From contig NC_090404.1 in assembly GCF_036365525.1 (NCBI RefSeq), positions 7,936,001 to 8,000,000 on the forward strand: a stretch of 64,000 nucleotides of DNA, in the 5' to 3' direction. Shown piece after piece: positions 62,866 to 64,000 of this stretch. The notes beneath the pieces are model-generated. The model saw nothing but the letters and a program-made list of their open reading frames with translations, was not told the DNA's origin and did not search any database. The translations under genes and the position numbers were made by a program. Position 1 is the first letter of the stretch, and every line of letters starts with the position of its first letter. This DNA comes from Heterodontus francisci (lineage: Eukaryota).

Positions 62866-64000
62866 AACCCTAGAATACTGAGGGAGGCAAGGGAAGAAAT
62901 TGCTGGGGCCTTGACAGAAATCTTTGCATCCTCATTGGCTACAGGTGAGGTCCCAGAGGACTGGAGAATAGCCAATGTTGTTCCTTTGTTTAAGAAGGGT
63001 GGCAAGGATAATCCAGGAAATTATAGGCCGGTGAGCCTTCCGTCAGTGGTAGGGAAACTATTCGAGAGTATTCTTTGGGACAGGATTTACTCCCATTTGG
63101 AAACAAACTAACTTATTGGCAAGAGACAGCATGGTTTTGTGAAGGGGAGATCGTGTCTTACTAATTTGATTGAGTTTTTTGAGGAAGTGACGAAGCTGAT
63201 TGATGAGGGAAGGGCAGTGGATGTTGTCTATATGGACTTCAGTAAAGCCTTTGACAAGGTCCCACATGGCAGACTGGTGCTAAAGGTGAAGTCACATGGG
63301 ATCAGAGGTGAGCTGGCAAGATGGATACAAAACTGGCTCGGTCACAGAAGACAGAGTAACAGTGGATGGGTGTTTTTCTGAATGGAGGGATGTGACTAGT
63401 GGTGTTCCGCAGGGATCAGTGCTGGGATCTTTGCTGTTTTGTAGTATATATAAATGATTTGGAGGAAAATGTAGCTGGTCTGATTAGTAAGTTTGAGGAC
63501 GACACAAAGGTTGGTGGAGTTGCGGATAGTGATGAGGATTGTCAGAGGATACAGCAGGATATAGATCGGTTGGAGACTTGGGCGGAGAAATGGCAGATGG
63601 AGTTTAATCCGGACAAATGTGAGGTAATGCATTTTGGAAGGTCTAATGCAGGTGGGAGGTATACAGTAAATGGCAGAACCCTTAGGAGTATTGACAGGCA
63701 GAGAGATCTGGGCGTACAGGTCCACAGGTCACTGAAAGTGGCAACGCAGGTGGATAAGGTAGTCAAGAAGGCATTCGGCATGCTTGCCTTCATCGGTCGG
63801 GGCATAGAGTATAAAAATTGGCAAGTCATGTTGCAGCTGTACAGAACCTTAGTTAGGCCACACTTAGAATATTGCGTGCAATTCTGGTCGCCACACTACC
63901 AGAAGGACGTGGAGGCTTTGGAGAGGGTACAGAAGAGGTTTACCAGGATGTTGCCTGGTCTGGAGGGCATTAGCTCTGAGGAGAGGTTGGAAAAACTCGG
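62866..64000 (+). mobile_element. CR1 RT portion, young family, runs off the window
   Basis: Near-identical to the reverse complement of 11790-12915; contains stops and frameshifts. Confidence 0.92.

Noticed and set aside
61840-64000. Twin-priming 5' inversion of a single CR1
   Set aside because: An unrelated CR1 fragment (62580-62865) separates the ORF1 and ORF2 pieces, and no TSD can be checked within the window.

Overview
Repeat-rich vertebrate genomic DNA, almost certainly from a cartilaginous fish (shark-type CR1, HE1-like SINE and Penelope repeats, shark-type C2H2 zinc-finger genes). Bases 1-10.5 kb hold four T-cell receptor alpha/delta-type V segments, each with a 23-bp-spacer RSS. 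One V is intact (8080-8529), and its RSS heptamer is triplicated. One is intact except for a single TGA (9331-10391). Two are decayed pseudogenes, one of them inverted. CTCF-like motifs and an ETS/CRE V-promoter accompany them. I saw no D, J or C segments. From about 20 kb to 58 kb, directly downstream of the RSSs, lies a cluster of tandem C2H2 zinc-finger cassettes with no visible KRAB domain. Two have intact ORFs, one lacks its ATG, one is a pseudogene, and there is an orphan promoter module. All share a CpG/YY1/NRF1 promoter-intron-decayed-finger architecture. The rest is nested CR1, L2-like and RTE LINEs, SINEs, Penelope remnants, a solo LTR and minisatellites. Coordinates were read by eye. 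V/RSS/TSD positions should be exact or nearly so; repeat boundaries are approximate.
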